54,688 nt of DNA from a virus (Duplodnaviria; Heunggongvirae; Uroviricota; Caudoviricetes). The DNA is taken from positions 1-54,688 of IMG/VR virus record IMGVR_UViG_2541047774_000008. One strand, given 5' to 3'. The position numbers were made by a program, and so were the translations under genes. The first letter of the stretch is position 1, and each line of letters opens with the position of its first letter. Of this stretch, positions 37,774 through 47,559 are shown piece after piece. The notes beneath the pieces are model-generated. The model was given only the letters and a program-made list of their open reading frames with translations, made no database searches and was not told the DNA's origin.

Positions 37774-38259
37774 ATGCCAGAACTCGTTGATCCAACAGAC
37801 TCATTAATTAGTTTTCAATACGCCTTTTCTAATGGTCTGATTAAGCCTTCACCATGCATAGTTCACCCAAATATGAAGGTGCTTTTGGATGATGCAGAGG
37901 GTACACCACGGTTTACTTATGCATTCTTTGAAGGAGAAAATGTTAAAGGTGTTGCTATATATGTCCCTGCAGAGTTTGTTGAAGGTAAACCATGCTTTGG
38001 CGTTGGCTATGCAGTAGCCGATGAATATAAAGCGCAAGGCATCGGTACTCAACTTCTCATCGCCAGCATTGAAGAAATGCAATACGGATTTAGAAATTCC
38101 TTCAATGAATTCTATGTAGAGGCTATTGTCGGGGTTGGTAATCAAGCCTCCAACAAATTAGCTGCAAAAGTTTTATCTGATACTCCTGAGCCAGGGACAG
38201 ATTCTTACTCAGGAAAACCTATCAATCAGTACATGAAACTTTTCAAAACCACAAAATAA
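37774..38259 (+). CDS. GNAT-family N-acetyltransferase (moron)
   Basis: 161 aa, plus strand against the late-gene flow, AT-rich; acetyl-CoA motif-like AQGIGTQLL. Confidence 0.65.
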   Translation: MPELVDPTDSLISFQYAFSNGLIKPSPCIVHPNMKVLLDDAEGTPRFTYAFFEGENVKGVAIYVPAEFVEGKPCFGVGYAVADEYKAQGIGTQLLIASIEEMQYGFRNSFNEFYVEAIVGVGNQASNKLAAKVLSDTPEPGTDSYSGKPINQYMKLFKTTK

Positions 38260-38437
38260 CTACCATTCTGGCGCAGATTTTTGCGCCTTTTCAGGTTTGC
38301 AGTTCACCTGCCACGCTTTGTTATGCACCTGAATGTCCCGCTTCGTCTGTTGCATTATCATAAGTAATAGCGTAGGTTGACACCTTGGCTCTCTTTCGCC
38401 ACCGGCGAATCTTTAGCGGATTATCCTTGGCCGTTTT

Positions 38438-38920
38438 TTATCTGAGACATTGCTCACGAATGTATAGCTGTGCCCCTTCCAGTTGCTTCTGCATCGTCAT
38501 CAACCGTTCTCTGAGGGTGAAATAATCCCGTTCAGCGGTGTCTGCCAGTCGGGGGCTGGTTGCATTATCCACGCTGGTGGGTCCGGTGGCTTCACGCACG
38601 GCTGCGGAGCAACTGGCATTGACCCGCAGGCGCTTACGACCAGCGGCAACATCAGCGCGCAGAGTTTCATTTTCAGCTTTCGCATTGGCTAATTCTCTCG
38701 AGTACTTTGCATCGAGCGCAGCAACATCACGCTGACGCTGTTGCATGTCAGCGATGGTGGCAGTCGCCTGCTTCAGCTCACTGACTTTTTTATCACGCTG
38801 TTCTTTGTAGGCGATGGCGTTATCACGGTAATGATTGACCGCCCACGACAGGCAGACGATGGTGCAGATAACCAGAGTATAAATAATCGCTGCGACTCTG
38901 CTCACTGATCTATCCCCCAA
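38438..38920 (-). CDS. Rz: Rz i-spanin
   Basis: 160 aa, N-terminal TM helix and coiled coil, lambda Rz-like. Confidence 0.85.
   Translation of the reverse strand: MGDRSVSRVAAIIYTLVICTIVCLSWAVNHYRDNAIAYKEQRDKKVSELKQATATIADMQQRQRDVAALDAKYSRELANAKAENETLRADVAAGRKRLRVNASCSAAVREATGPTSVDNATSPRLADTAERDYFTLRERLMTMQKQLEGAQLYIREQCLR
38500..38685 (-). CDS. Rz1: Rz1 o-spanin lipoprotein (embedded in Rz, +1 frame)
   Basis: 61 aa, lipobox LVVSAC and Pro-rich [23 protein letters not shown], lambda Rz1-like; wholly inside Rz. Confidence 0.8.
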   Translation of the reverse strand: MRKLKMKLCALMLPLVVSACGSMPVAPQPCVKPPDPPAWIMQPAPDWQTPLNGIISPSENG

Positions 38921-39435
38921 CAGGCTAATGCGCTTTCCTGGTCACGACGAATAACCTGTCCATAGCAGTTATTTGAACGTATGCGGCAATCGCGCCCACC
39001 ATCTTTTATCCACCAGCGAATCGCCTCGCATGCGCCCTTACGATCACCGGCATTCAGCCGCTTATAAAACGTCGACGGGAAACACTTACCGGGGCCAATG
39101 TTATAGGGACAGAATGACGCTATACCCGCTTTCTGTGGTTCGGTCAGTGGTACTTTAATATTGCGCTCCACCCATGCCAACGCCTTATCACGTTCAATAG
39201 CGTTAACCTGGTCGCATTTTTCCTTCGACAGCTTCATTCCCGGTATGACGGGCTTACCATCCACCATTGTGGCACCACGACAGATGGTCCATATACCGGA
39301 ACCATCGCGGTATGCCGTAGTGTGGTTACCCTCTTTTTCATCCAGAAACTGGTCAAGTATTTGAGGAGCAGACGCGCCTGCAGCAATCAGCGCCAGAACA
39401 GCAGCTGACAGGCCGTATTTGATTTTTGCGCTCAT
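38902..39435 (-). CDS. R: SAR endolysin (lysozyme, phage-21 R-like)
   Basis: 177 aa; N-terminal signal-arrest-release helix ([15 protein letters not shown]) and lysozyme catalytic region (E...D...T). Confidence 0.9.
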   Translation of the reverse strand: MSAKIKYGLSAAVLALIAAGASAPQILDQFLDEKEGNHTTAYRDGSGIWTICRGATMVDGKPVIPGMKLSKEKCDQVNAIERDKALAWVERNIKVPLTEPQKAGIASFCPYNIGPGKCFPSTFYKRLNAGDRKGACEAIRWWIKDGGRDCRIRSNNCYGQVIRRDQESALACWGIDQ

Positions 39436-39490
39436 GGATATTTATCAGGATGCTACCAATGAAAGATACTGGAAAGCCAACTGCAAAAAG

Positions 39491-39805
39491 CTAACAACCT
39501 GTAATCGAGTTATCAGAACTGTTAATTTTTATGGTATACCGCGCCTCTGAACAGGGGCGCGTTTCTGGCAACAGCTCGTCCCCTTCACATAACCCGGCAG
39601 CAACATCCAGGAAGACCTGTCTGATGCTCCTTCTGGCTGCTGCCTCATAAAACTCCAGCGCGGCACCTTCAACACGGTCCAGCGAGATGTCCAAGCCAAA
39701 AATTTCACCGTCAAAGCGTTTTTTGTCCCGTAACGCTAAAGTTACCGTAACTTTATTCTCAAAATTGCGGATCCCTTTCACAATCAGTTCATAGTTTTGA
39801 GTCAT
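39491..39805 (-). CDS. hypothetical protein within the lysis cassette (104 aa)
   Basis: ATG at 39805 with GGAG RBS; sits between holin and endolysin. Confidence 0.5.
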   Translation of the reverse strand: MTQNYELIVKGIRNFENKVTVTLALRDKKRFDGEIFGLDISLDRVEGAALEFYEAAARRSIRQVFLDVAAGLCEGDELLPETRPCSEARYTIKINSSDNSITGC

Positions 39806-39809
39806 TGAA

Positions 39810-40025
39810 TTACTCTCCCCGTGCAGCCTTACGCTTGTCTTCTCTGATTTTGAAGTACAGATTTGTCAGATAAGTCAGGAAGCCCAGAACCAGACTCCCC
39901 AGTACACCAATCGCAGCCCACTGTGACGGACTGACCTGATCAAGCCACTGTAAAAACCAGTAGCCAGCACTGCCTGCGGAGGTGCCGTAGGCAATGCCCG
40001 TTGAAATTTTGTCCATGGATTTCAT
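39810..40025 (-). CDS. S: pinholin S21 with dual-start motif
   Basis: 71 aa [49 protein letters not shown]..., phage-21 S-like; Met1 and Met4 give antiholin and holin. Confidence 0.9.
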   Translation of the reverse strand: MKSMDKISTGIAYGTSAGSAGYWFLQWLDQVSPSQWAAIGVLGSLVLGFLTYLTNLYFKIREDKRKAARGE

Positions 40026-40317
40026 AGCCTCACCTCCGCAAATAACGGATGGCGTAGTTTTACACTGAGAAATGAAAGGGATTTGAAAAGAAAAAACCGC
40101 AAAAGCGGGCGAAACGATATATACAGAAAGGAAAGCACTCTATCCAACAAACCACCCACAGTTAATCGGAATAAAAGCAGAGTGCTTATGAATGATCGCC
40201 TGCCCGAAGGTTAGTATTTCTGCACAGCAATTTTGCAAAAAAAGGCGATCATTCATAACTTAAACGTCTTTCAGTCACTCCGGGATTTCCCATCATCGCA
40301 GACTGAAAGACTCTAAC

Positions 40318-40392
<75 letters not shown>

Positions 40393-40395
40393 ATA

Positions 40396-40471
<76 letters not shown>

Positions 40472-40473
40472 AC

Positions 40474-40550
40474 TGGACCGCCACCGGGGACTCGAACCTC
40501 GCACACTCAACTTAAAGGGTTGACGCTCTTTCCTGATGAGCTAGTGGCGG
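40474..40550 (-). tRNA. atypical tRNA-like gene (anticodon loop CCUUUAA, possibly Lys-UUU-like)
   Basis: 77 nt; acceptor CCGCCAC/GTGGCGG, D-stem GCTC/GAGC, T-loop TTCGAGT, CCA encoded; C at position 33 and one A-C mismatch in the T-stem. Confidence 0.5.
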
Positions 40551-40551
40551 C

Positions 40552-40627
40552 TGGTGGCCCTTGCTGGATTTGAACCAGCGACCTGGCGATTATGAGTCGC
40601 TCGCTCTCACCACTGAGCTAAAGGGCC
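40552..40627 (-). tRNA. tRNA with CAU anticodon (Ile2/Met type)
   Basis: 76-nt cloverleaf: acceptor GGCCCTT/AAGGGCC, anticodon loop CUCAUAA, T-loop TTCAAAT, CCA encoded. Confidence 0.75.
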
Positions 40628-40821
40628 GGGCGCAGGATAATAACGTTACGAAATCAATGTTGCAAGCATTCAAAAATCACCCTTATCTCCTCCACCAGCG
40701 CATTCACCATGTCTATCCGAGATAAGTGGCACAAAAAACCCGCTTGTGGGCGGGTTTTGTTTGCTTTTGCCATCACGTACAAAATCGGCAAAATATCAGA
40801 TTTGCATGAAATATATGCCTT

Positions 40822-41517
40822 TCAATCTACTTTTGCAACACTTTGCTTTGAAAATGCCGCCTTTTGTTTTGAACGTGTTCTCATTACAAACAATAAAGCC
40901 TCACTATCAAGTCGGTGAAAAATGTGTTTCATTGCAACCCAGTGACGAGTAAATGTTTTGGACCAGTTTTTAGTTGTCACTCCCGCCAGTAATGCCAGCT
41001 CCTGGTATTCATAACCTTCCCCACCAAAAAGTTCTGCTTTTAATGCCTGCGCCGCCAGCCAGATTAATTTTTTCAGGCGTTCCTGCGTTTTCCCTGCAAT
41101 TTTTCTGGTACCGGATTGAGTATTAAATTCATTCCACGCCCACTGTGTTATCGCGATCTGATATTCCCAACAAATACTCCCGCTGTAACACCACAACAAC
41201 CAGGCTTTATGATGTTCTTCAAGAGACAGAACTGCCCGTCGCCATGATGATGTCGAAAACTCAACCTGACTTACCAGAGCAATTGATGAGCCTTTCGCCA
41301 GTGATTGTTTTCCCGGTATCGGTGGACTATCCCGCGTTATCATTCTTCCAGTCACTTCATCGCGGTACCGGATTTTTTTACGCCTGTAACGCCCTGTATC
41401 AAACATGGCATTCTCCTGCCAGGCTTCAAGCTGACCTTTTGTTGCCCCACTCAAATCAGCGGTAGCGATAATGAGCTGCTCACGCACAAACTGTAAATAC
41501 TGGTTATTCATGCGCAC
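40822..41517 (-). CDS. putative late-gene antiterminator (Q-like)
   Basis: 231 aa in the Q position between rusA and the tRNA/lysis block; call rests on position plus general family resemblance. Confidence 0.5.
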   Translation of the reverse strand: MRMNNQYLQFVREQLIIATADLSGATKGQLEAWQENAMFDTGRYRRKKIRYRDEVTGRMITRDSPPIPGKQSLAKGSSIALVSQVEFSTSSWRRAVLSLEEHHKAWLLWCYSGSICWEYQIAITQWAWNEFNTQSGTRKIAGKTQERLKKLIWLAAQALKAELFGGEGYEYQELALLAGVTTKNWSKTFTRHWVAMKHIFHRLDSEALLFVMRTRSKQKAAFSKQSVAKVD

Positions 41518-41867
41518 TCCAGTTCTGTGATTTTTATCCCCAGCCGACCACCAGGAACAGGCAGTCCGCGCACAATATTGATTTCATCAAACTGCTCGTC
41601 GTCTATGAGAAGTCCGGCATGCGTCAGCGCATCCAGTGGTGCCTTCAGGATATTGTCCAGGTCGCGGCGGCGCTTATCCGGTGGCTCTGCAATAATTTTT
41701 ATTGCCAGCCTTCCGGACAGGTTTAATTTCAACCGCTGCTGGCGAACAATTAGTGCCACATCACGGCGATAACGCTCACCGACTTTTGATACAAAATATG
41801 TGTTGCCACGACGTCGCCAGTAAGTATTCACCGTCGGCGGATAAGGCAAAACAAACTCTATACGCAT
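41508..41867 (-). CDS. rusA: Holliday junction resolvase RusA
   Basis: 119 aa with RusA motifs (PPTVNTYW...RRRDLDN...DDEQ). Confidence 0.9.
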   Translation of the reverse strand: MRIEFVLPYPPTVNTYWRRRGNTYFVSKVGERYRRDVALIVRQQRLKLNLSGRLAIKIIAEPPDKRRRDLDNILKAPLDALTHAGLLIDDEQFDEINIVRGLPVPGGRLGIKITELECA

Positions 41868-41879
41868 CAGTAACCTCTT

Positions 41880-43001
41880 TTACCCGAGCACGCCGGTTGC
41901 AAAGGCGTGATCAAGAAAACGAAAAATTAAATCAACCTGGGAACCATGCTTTTCTTCGAACGCCAGCGGATCCGCATGAAGTTCGTTGTGATGTTCCCGG
42001 CACAACGGTAGCGTGAAAATATCGTGGGCCTTTGTTCCCATCCCTCCCTGACCGTGACCAATCAGGTGATGGGGATCGTCGGCTGGCTGACCACAACACG
42101 CACACGGCTGTGTCTTCACCCAGCGCGTATATTTCTCATTTAGCCAACGGCGACGTTTAGGTCGCCTCATGAAAGATTCCGGAGACTCCGGATCAACGGT
42201 GATGCATACCACCGTCTTTTCCTGTGGTGGGTTCTGTTGCTGGTGGGCATGAGGCAACGGCGCAAGATTTTTTGTGCGCTGCTTCAGTATGCTGGTGGCG
42301 GTCTGCTCTCCCGGTACGATGTCGCTTTCGCGGTACAAGGAGCGGATTTTTTCCGCACGTACCCCCAGAGAACGACGTAATACTGCCTCCGGAAGCGCGT
42401 CCGCCACCTGATTGCAGACCGCCCACCAAGATAATTCAGCCAGCGACAATTCCCGCTCCTGCGTGCCATTCATTGCATGGCGTATGACGTCAATCATCCA
42501 TGCTGACAGGTTTTGATGAGCAAGTTGCCCGAGTGATTCGGATGTCTGGTCACGCAACTGGTTGTCGCAGTGCCAGCACAACACCATCGCGCTGGTACCG
42601 TAACGATGTATGACGATTTCACTGTGATGATAGTCACCATGAGGCCACTGGCAGGATTTGACATGACGCAACAGCCAGTCAGACAGCGCCCCAGCGCCGC
42701 CAGCAGCACGAATCACCCGCTCATCGCTGAAAAATGGCAGTAATGATTTATCCTCCGCCAGCGGCTGGCGAACGGCAGGGACGACTCCGGACGGCAGACC
42801 GCGCATGCTTTTCGGTTCAGGCTCCACCAGCACTCGAGGGTTATGAAATACTTGCATGGATTCACGGCCCGGCCTAAGGACCACCAGCCCGAGTTCCGGT
42901 ACCAGAACAGGTCGAAGTAATATCCGCACGTTACCTCCAGATCCGTTGCTGGTATGTGCGGGATGGGCGCGGTGGGCGTTCGGAATAAGGGAGCCTGACA
43001 T
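41880..43001 (-). CDS. DUF968-family prophage protein (Cys/His-rich C-terminal domain)
   Basis: 373-aa ORF; C-terminus CACCGQPADDPHHLIGHGQGGMGTKAHDIFTLPLCREHHNELH; true start uncertain (Met1 or Met49). Confidence 0.55.
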   Translation of the reverse strand: MSGSLIPNAHRAHPAHTSNGSGGNVRILLRPVLVPELGLVVLRPGRESMQVFHNPRVLVEPEPKSMRGLPSGVVPAVRQPLAEDKSLLPFFSDERVIRAAGGAGALSDWLLRHVKSCQWPHGDYHHSEIVIHRYGTSAMVLCWHCDNQLRDQTSESLGQLAHQNLSAWMIDVIRHAMNGTQERELSLAELSWWAVCNQVADALPEAVLRRSLGVRAEKIRSLYRESDIVPGEQTATSILKQRTKNLAPLPHAHQQQNPPQEKTVVCITVDPESPESFMRRPKRRRWLNEKYTRWVKTQPCACCGQPADDPHHLIGHGQGGMGTKAHDIFTLPLCREHHNELHADPLAFEEKHGSQVDLIFRFLDHAFATGVLG

Positions 43002-43209
43002 AGATTATCCAGTGACGATAATCGAGGCTGAGGGCTTTCTTAATCTCGTATCCGCGTCTGCGATAGTTATGAATTAGCCATTCGGCCTGTTCTTCAGTAC
43101 ATGGGTCATGCTGGAACCAGTCAGATTTGAAAGTGCGGGAACGCCGCCCGTGCCTGCTGGCAAAGACGGCAGAATCATCAGAATTGTGTAATTTGGTATC
43201 GTGCGCCAT
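42931..43209 (-). CDS. hypothetical protein (92 aa)
   Basis: ORF 42931-43290 trimmed to the internal Met (MAHDTK...); overlaps the start of the DUF968 ORF, so one of the two starts is wrong. Confidence 0.3.
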   Translation of the reverse strand: MAHDTKLHNSDDSAVFASRHGRRSRTFKSDWFQHDPCTEEQAEWLIHNYRRRGYEIKKALSLDYRHWIIYVRLPYSERPPRPSRTYQQRIWR

Positions 43210-43505
43210 CGGTTGTCTCTGCTGGCGCAGCAGGTGCCAGTTGTTCAGGCTGGCGTGCGAATTGTAAACCAGAATGCCAGGAAAAAACAAAACCCGCCGA
43301 AGCGGGTATGCTAAAACAAACTGAAAGTAATATACCGGACTTGTAAAGGAACGATAGAATAATTATTGGATTAAACCCTGACTCAATCCAGATTTCATAG
43401 ACAACAACTACGGACTAATCATCACAGTCATGTTTGATAGACTTAGTCCACATTGGGTGAGGGTTTACGGCGTTTTCACTAATAATTTATCGTCCAAGCT
43501 ATACA

Positions 43506-43898
43506 CTACTGCCCTGTTTTAACGAAGTTTTTAAAGGAAACAACTGCCTGATAGGGGTTTGGTTGACAGCCAAACATATTATCGCAAAAAGGCTTGATGA
43601 AAATTCTTGAGGATCCATCTTCATTTGGCATTTTACTCACTTGATAAGCGAGGAATGGACTATTTGGAGAGGGATTATAAGTGGAAATTAGCGTGTCTGT
43701 CGCCGTTTGAATTTTCCATGAGGAATTATTAGCCAACCAGAATTGCGCTCGTTTCCAATAAAAGTCACATTGCTTTTCATCATTACATGTTAGTGGCTTC
43801 ATTGCTTCTGCTTTCAACGCTGGATCGACCTTTGCTGCACACCCTCCCAACATTACTGTTGCAATCATTACACCTGCGACTAAAACAAGTTTCTTCAT
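43506..43898 (-). CDS. lipoprotein (moron)
   Basis: 130 aa with signal peptide and lipobox MLGGC; AT-rich. Confidence 0.6.
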   Translation of the reverse strand: MKKLVLVAGVMIATVMLGGCAAKVDPALKAEAMKPLTCNDEKQCDFYWKRAQFWLANNSSWKIQTATDTLISTYNPSPNSPFLAYQVSKMPNEDGSSRIFIKPFCDNMFGCQPNPYQAVVSFKNFVKTGQ

Positions 43899-44041
43899 CT
43901 CCCTGCCCCATCAATAAAAGTTCGGTTCTCTAATAACTAGAGTTAATCAACGGAAAAAACGCCGAAGCGGGTTAAGTGCGGGTGCGTTGAGGATGCCTGA
44001 CACATCAGAGGTGGCGAGGGATTTCTCCCCCGCCAGGTCTC

Positions 44042-44197
44042 TTACTCCTCAGGTTCGTAAGCTGTGAAGACAGCGACCTCCGTCTGGCCAGTTCGGATTC
44101 GTACCTCGCAGAGGTCTTTCCTCGTTACCAGTGCCGTCACAATGACGGTTAAACAGATGACGATCAGGGCGATTAACATCGCCTTTTGCTGCTTCAT
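44042..44197 (-). CDS. hokD: Hok/Gef-family type I toxin
   Basis: ORF 44042-44254; ATG at 44197 gives 51 aa MKQQKAMLIALIVICLTVIVTALVTRKDLCEVRIRTGQTEVAVFTAYEPEE, preceded by AGGAG. Confidence 0.8.
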   Translation of the reverse strand: MKQQKAMLIALIVICLTVIVTALVTRKDLCEVRIRTGQTEVAVFTAYEPEE

Positions 44198-44434
44198 AGC
44201 CTGCTTCTCCTTGCCTTTCGGCACGTAAGAGGCTAACCTAGATTTGCCGTTCATAGATTGAGCCTCAGATTAATGTTAAGCGTCTTGCCGGACGCGTAAT
44301 GTTAACTGGGGCTTTTCTCTATCTGCCTTTCAGTGTTCATGCCTGAGACAGATAGCCTCAAGCACCCGCAGCCATTCTACTTAACTCACGTCACCTCGCC
44401 AATATGAAATCAATCAGAAAGGTGATCCATAAAA

Positions 44435-45121
44435 TCACTCCTTCTCTTCTTTTCCGTAGTGGAGTTGGCCAATTTTGATAAGAGGGCGTCCCTGAGATTT
44501 GCGGTGTAGATTGGTATCGCGCAGAGAATACACACAGCCACAATATTCCTGCTGATAGAATTTTTCGCGCTTGCTGATTTCAATCATACGGGACGAGCCG
44601 CCCTGCTTGCGCCAGTTATAATCCCAGTACACCATACCCGGATAATGCGCAACAGCTCGCCGCCCACACTCGTTAACCTGCTGCATATTTTTCCAGCGTG
44701 AAATGCCCAGTGAACTGCTGATCACACTGAAACCATTTTCAGCAGCGTACAACGCTGTCCGCTCAAAACGCATGTCAAAACACATGGTACAACGGATCCC
44801 CCTCTCAGGCTCCCATTCCATTCCTTTGGCACGTTCAAACCAGTTGTCGGTGTCGTAATCAGCATCGATAAACGGCACGCCGTGTTGTTCAGCAAAGCGA
44901 ATATTTTCATCCTTACGAATTAAATACTCTTTCTGAGGATGAATGTTCGGGTTGTAGAAAAAGATGGTGTAGTCGATTCCCGAGGCCTGAAGCGCCTCCA
45001 TCACTTCACCGGAACATGGAGCACAGCAAGAGTGCAGTAGTAGTTTGTTTGCCCCGTTTGGGAGCTCCAATTTAGGCCGTTTGAAATCAGCAATAGTCAT
45101 AAATATTTTTATTGGGGTCAT
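44435..45121 (-). CDS. QueH-like (DUF208) protein, putative epoxyqueuosine reductase
   Basis: 228 aa with [12 protein letters not shown] and CGC Cys motifs typical of DUF208/QueH. Confidence 0.55.
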   Translation of the reverse strand: MTPIKIFMTIADFKRPKLELPNGANKLLLHSCCAPCSGEVMEALQASGIDYTIFFYNPNIHPQKEYLIRKDENIRFAEQHGVPFIDADYDTDNWFERAKGMEWEPERGIRCTMCFDMRFERTALYAAENGFSVISSSLGISRWKNMQQVNECGRRAVAHYPGMVYWDYNWRKQGGSSRMIEISKREKFYQQEYCGCVYSLRDTNLHRKSQGRPLIKIGQLHYGKEEKE

Positions 45122-45274
45122 GAAAATAGCACAGAGTGTAGCATCAGAGCAGGGCTATCGGGAATATATGTCTAAATCTGGTAATATCTGGTTTTGACGC
45201 AAAGCGGACAACCACGCTGGCTCTACCCTGCGCCATGAAAATGTCAATTCACATCTGAACTAATGCTCTTTAAT

Positions 45275-45700
45275 CTAGTAACGTCTAAAATACCTAACAT
45301 TTCCTTGATAAAATGCCAGTACACGCTGCATAGCTTCGCTCTTCCGGCACTCGCGACAGATTATATTCAGGCGCCTGTCGTAGCGGCGTATTTCGCCGTC
45401 TGGTAACGACCAGATAAGGTCCGGATCAACCACTGCAGGTTTCTTCACCTTTGCCCTTGAGAGTTTTTTGCGGGCATTTTGCCAGTCCTTACGCGCCTGT
45501 TCAGACGGGAATAACCCGTAGCCAGAATTGTATACATCGCCACTGGCAACCAGCTCTCTGGCGAGAACACTCATCAGATATCTTGTCGCACCTGTTTTCG
45601 CTTCCAGTTGTCGTAACGTCTCGCGCCCGCTCAGGCGCACGAGTTCAACAACCTGCCTCTTAATTTTTTCCCGCTCTTCTTGTGTAAATACTTTTGCCAC
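45275..45700 (-). CDS. hypothetical protein (141 aa), downstream of the replication initiator
   Basis: ORF in the position of a helicase loader or accessory replication gene; no recognisable motif. Confidence 0.45.
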   Translation of the reverse strand: MAKVFTQEEREKIKRQVVELVRLSGRETLRQLEAKTGATRYLMSVLARELVASGDVYNSGYGLFPSEQARKDWQNARKKLSRAKVKKPAVVDPDLIWSLPDGEIRRYDRRLNIICRECRKSEAMQRVLAFYQGNVRYFRRY

Positions 45701-45740
45701 AAGCCCTCCTGAAAATTACCTCATGACCAGAAATTAACAC

Positions 45741-46817
45741 TTACCCCCTGAAGCCCGGCGGAATTTCGTTATCCGGTTCAGAAATATGATTCACACAACG
45801 CTGGTTGTTCGTGCCGCTTACCGGGAGCAACCAAGGGTTCTCAAAATTCCGGTCCGGTCCAAAAAACGTCGTCGCTCGCTGAACAAATTCCGTTCCCGTT
45901 TTCCCGGTAGCCGCCAGGTATCTTGCGTAACGCCTCACACCATCCAGCATGGCCTCTGGTGGCACCCCCTCGCGTAATCTGGCCTTCCAGGCACTGAAAG
46001 CGGATTTCTTCGGGTTTGCCCCAGCACGCAACGGGTATTCCCGCCAGACCTGTTCGAACACATCCGGATAATCTACTCGTCCCACAGGCTGCCCGGTGTT
46101 TTCCGGGACTACCCGATCGGCTTCCCGCTGAATGGCGGAATCGGCTTCAGGCTGCTGCAGTTGGTGTGATTGCTCCGGCCTTGCGGTCATCACCTGCTGC
46201 ACAGCGCCCGAATCGGCTTTCAGCGCATACGCTGAATCGGCTTCCGGTGTCGTGCCTGCTGGCTGACCAGGATTGACGGTCTGAACATCCCCTGCCTGGT
46301 TCGTGGCGTTTTTTACGCCATGGACCATAGTGTTTTGATCTTCTTGATCTGTATCTTTATCTGTATCTTTATCTGTCGTGACTCGTCGTGACATGTGCGT
46401 GACATTTCGTGACGCGCCGTGACAATCGCCATTTTGTTCCTGCTTTCTTTCCCTCTCTCGCTGCGCCCTCTTGCGCTCTGCAGGAGATTTTGCGGTTTGC
46501 GAAATATTGCCGTTGTCCTCTTTAAGCACCTGGCGTTTTTCCCATCCAGTGATTAAATCACCATCAAGTACCCGCCCCTGCATCGTCTGCAAAATTGAAT
46601 CAATTACCTCTTCTGTCACGTCGAGCGCACTTGCCAAATCTTCTGTCGTGACATCAATGTGACCTCGCGTGACATTTCGTGACGCGCTCACCAGGAGGTG
46701 GATATACACTGCCATCACTGTTGCAATTGGCTGCCCTGACACCCTGGCAATTGTTCGCCACTTAGGGTCATTTGGCATGTCATGCCATAATCTGAGCCAG
46801 GCGTTAGCCATACTCAC
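45741..46817 (-). CDS. replication initiation protein (replisome-organiser-like) containing the ori iterons
   Basis: 358 aa with conserved N-terminal and C-terminal domains around a low-complexity DKDTDKDTD linker encoded by the iterons. Confidence 0.7.
   Translation of the reverse strand: MSMANAWLRLWHDMPNDPKWRTIARVSGQPIATVMAVYIHLLVSASRNVTRGHIDVTTEDLASALDVTEEVIDSILQTMQGRVLDGDLITGWEKRQVLKEDNGNISQTAKSPAERKRAQRERERKQEQNGDCHGASRNVTHMSRRVTTDKDTDKDTDQEDQNTMVHGVKNATNQAGDVQTVNPGQPAGTTPEADSAYALKADSGAVQQVMTARPEQSHQLQQPEADSAIQREADRVVPENTGQPVGRVDYPDVFEQVWREYPLRAGANPKKSAFSAWKARLREGVPPEAMLDGVRRYARYLAATGKTGTEFVQRATTFFGPDRNFENPWLLPVSGTNNQRCVNHISEPDNEIPPGFRG
46377..46683. repeat. origin-like iteron arrays (CGTGAC x9) inside the replication initiator gene
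   Basis: Five CGTGAC copies at 10-11 bp spacing (46377-46423) and four CGTGAC/TGTGAC copies at 46646-46683. Confidence 0.7.
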
Positions 46818-46882
46818 CTCTTCTGATACCGAATCTTTTTACTCACGAGTTGCCGGAAGCGATTCGATATGGCTATTGTCAG

Positions 46883-47308
46883 TCAATGTACTGCCACAGC
46901 ATTTCCTGCCGGGCCACCACAGTTCATCTGATTGAAACCGGCGATTGCCACTGCGACAAAATCATCAGCGTCTCTCACCAATCGCTCCCGCGTCTCCACC
47001 AGCTCCCGAAAATAAGCTGAACTGTGGCTGCGCATTCTGGCCACCAGCAAAGGTGGCATTGCCTTTTCGATCGCTGGTAACAACGCCTGAATTTTTTCAA
47101 CTGCATCAGGGGTGTCTTTCTCTACCCAGCGGAAAATTTTCTGGGTATTGCGAGCCAAGGCTTCCGGATGACTGTCGTCATACAGTTCCGGGAACGTCAT
47201 TCCCAGCTCGAAATACGCTTTGGTAATTTTCGCAGCCGGTACTTTTTCGCCGTCCGGATGCGCCCAGGCATTCATCGCCATGCGGATGTGTTCATGCTTG
47301 ATTTTCAT
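46883..47308 (-). CDS. YdaT-like protein (cII position)
   Basis: 141 aa starting MKIKHEHI; follows the Cro-like gene as in Rac ydaS-ydaT. Confidence 0.55.
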   Translation of the reverse strand: MKIKHEHIRMAMNAWAHPDGEKVPAAKITKAYFELGMTFPELYDDSHPEALARNTQKIFRWVEKDTPDAVEKIQALLPAIEKAMPPLLVARMRSHSSAYFRELVETRERLVRDADDFVAVAIAGFNQMNCGGPAGNAVAVH

Positions 47309-47559
47309 GAATCAACTCCCATCAGCTTTTTCGTAGTAGTTTTATTCCTGCCAATAGTTAAAATTGCATCGGCAGAAAATAATCCGTTTGATGCAAGAGC
47401 GATTTTTTCAGCGTAATTTGTTTCGCCGGTATATTCTGTGCGAGGCAATTTTCCGTTATCCATCCATTTATAGATTGCTCTTTGGCTGACACCACAAACG
47501 TCGGCCACAACAGCAACGCGAACAGTTTTGATTACATCTTCAAGTGTTTTCTGGTTCAT
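47305..47559 (-). CDS. Cro/YdaS-like HTH regulator
   Basis: ORF 47305-47631; ATG at 47559 with GAGG RBS; HTH segment VCGVSQRAIYKWMDNGKLP; divergent from the repressor. Confidence 0.65.
   Translation of the reverse strand: MNQKTLEDVIKTVRVAVVADVCGVSQRAIYKWMDNGKLPRTEYTGETNYAEKIALASNGLFSADAILTIGRNKTTTKKLMGVDS

Noticed and set aside
46377-46683. CGTGAC repeat arrays as a CRISPR array
   Set aside because: Repeat unit is 6 bp at 10-11 bp spacing inside a coding sequence with no spacers or cas genes; this is an iteron pattern.
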